This document shows, piece by piece, positions 51,216-51,702 of a DNA stretch of 51,702 bases. The notes beneath the pieces are model-generated. The model ran no database searches, was not told the DNA's origin, and was given only the letters and a program-made list of their open reading frames with translations. The DNA lies in NCBI GenBank assembly GCA_051891195.1, contig JBJFEZ010000020.1, forward strand, positions 1-51,702, written 5' to 3'. A program made the translations under genes and the position numbers. Position 1 is the stretch's first letter; the number at the start of each line of letters is the position of its first letter. The DNA comes from Clostridia bacterium. Lineage in GTDB: Bacteria; Bacillota; Clostridia; TANB77; CAG-508.

Positions 51216-51509
51216 ATGTTCAAAAGAAAGAAAAAAATAGAAAGTGAATTAAATAACAATTTAAAACAGCTAAACTTTGTGCTAACCAAAAACAATATTT
51301 TAGAAATATCCGAATTATTAGGAAATAAAAAGCAATTAATAATACGAAATTTGTTATCTGGAATAGCAAAAGGAATAGGCATAGGAATTGGGTTTACTAT
51401 TTTAACTGCTGTTCTATTAATAATACTTCAAAAAATAGTTACATTAAATATACCTGTAATAGGAGACTATATAGCAGATATAGTAAAAATTGTGGAAAAT
51501 AAAATATAA
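51216..51509 (+). CDS. DUF5665-like small membrane protein
   Basis: NLLSGIAKGIGIGIGFTIL...IPVIGDYIADIV. Confidence 0.7.
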   Translation: MFKRKKKIESELNNNLKQLNFVLTKNNILEISELLGNKKQLIIRNLLSGIAKGIGIGIGFTILTAVLLIILQKIVTLNIPVIGDYIADIVKIVENKI

Positions 51510-51665
51510 AAAGGAATGTAAGGGAGAACATTGATCTCCGGTTCTGCGGGGGAATTGCTAAAAGAAAATAATAAATTTAGCCTGTCATTTTTGTGTACAA
51601 ACATTGAAAACTAAAACAAAGTGTTTTATAATAAAATTAAGTAATTAAAGGAGGAACAAAAGAAA

Positions 51666-51702
51666 ATGAAAAAAGAGAAACAAAAGTCTTATTATTCACA
51701 AT
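51666..51702 (+). CDS. Start of a CDS running off the window (MKKEKQKSYYSQ...)
   Basis: AAGGAGG RBS upstream, candidate TTGAAA..TATAAT promoter, and the frame is open to the window end. Confidence 0.55.
   Translation, partial: MKKEKQKSYYSQ

Overview
Very AT-rich chromosomal segment from a Firmicute, most likely a Clostridia member (inferred from gene content and order). The first ~3.4 kb hold a diversity-generating retroelement (DGR) with an unusual layout. On + are the 3' end of a target gene with its variable region (VR 29-188), a MutS-domain-I-like gene, avd and the template repeat (TR 1193-1352; 22 of 23 VR/TR mismatches are at TR adenines). The reverse transcriptase and a second mini-MutS-like gene lie on the OPPOSITE strand, behind their own consensus promoter and next to a divergent HTH regulator. 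About 30 kb away, a type IV pilin-like/CLec gene (30682-32181) ends in a VR-like segment that does not match this TR and carries a +1 frameshift. The rest is mostly housekeeping: trpS, obgE, T-box-ileS, queA-tgt, degenerate secD/secF, a GH57/DUF4912/GT4 cluster, uracil permease-upp, transketolase, ftsEX with two M23 peptidases and an S41 protease, tRNA-Val/Asp/Phe, TetR-MMPL, an acyl-CoA synthetase, ftsY and UPF0182. Other notable signals are a pyrL-like leader peptide/attenuator before the uracil permease, a three-copy palindromic repeat with exchangeable hairpins, REP-like doublets and an unannotated 54-aa membrane protein. All calls come from reading the sequence by eye; no searches or folding programs were run.
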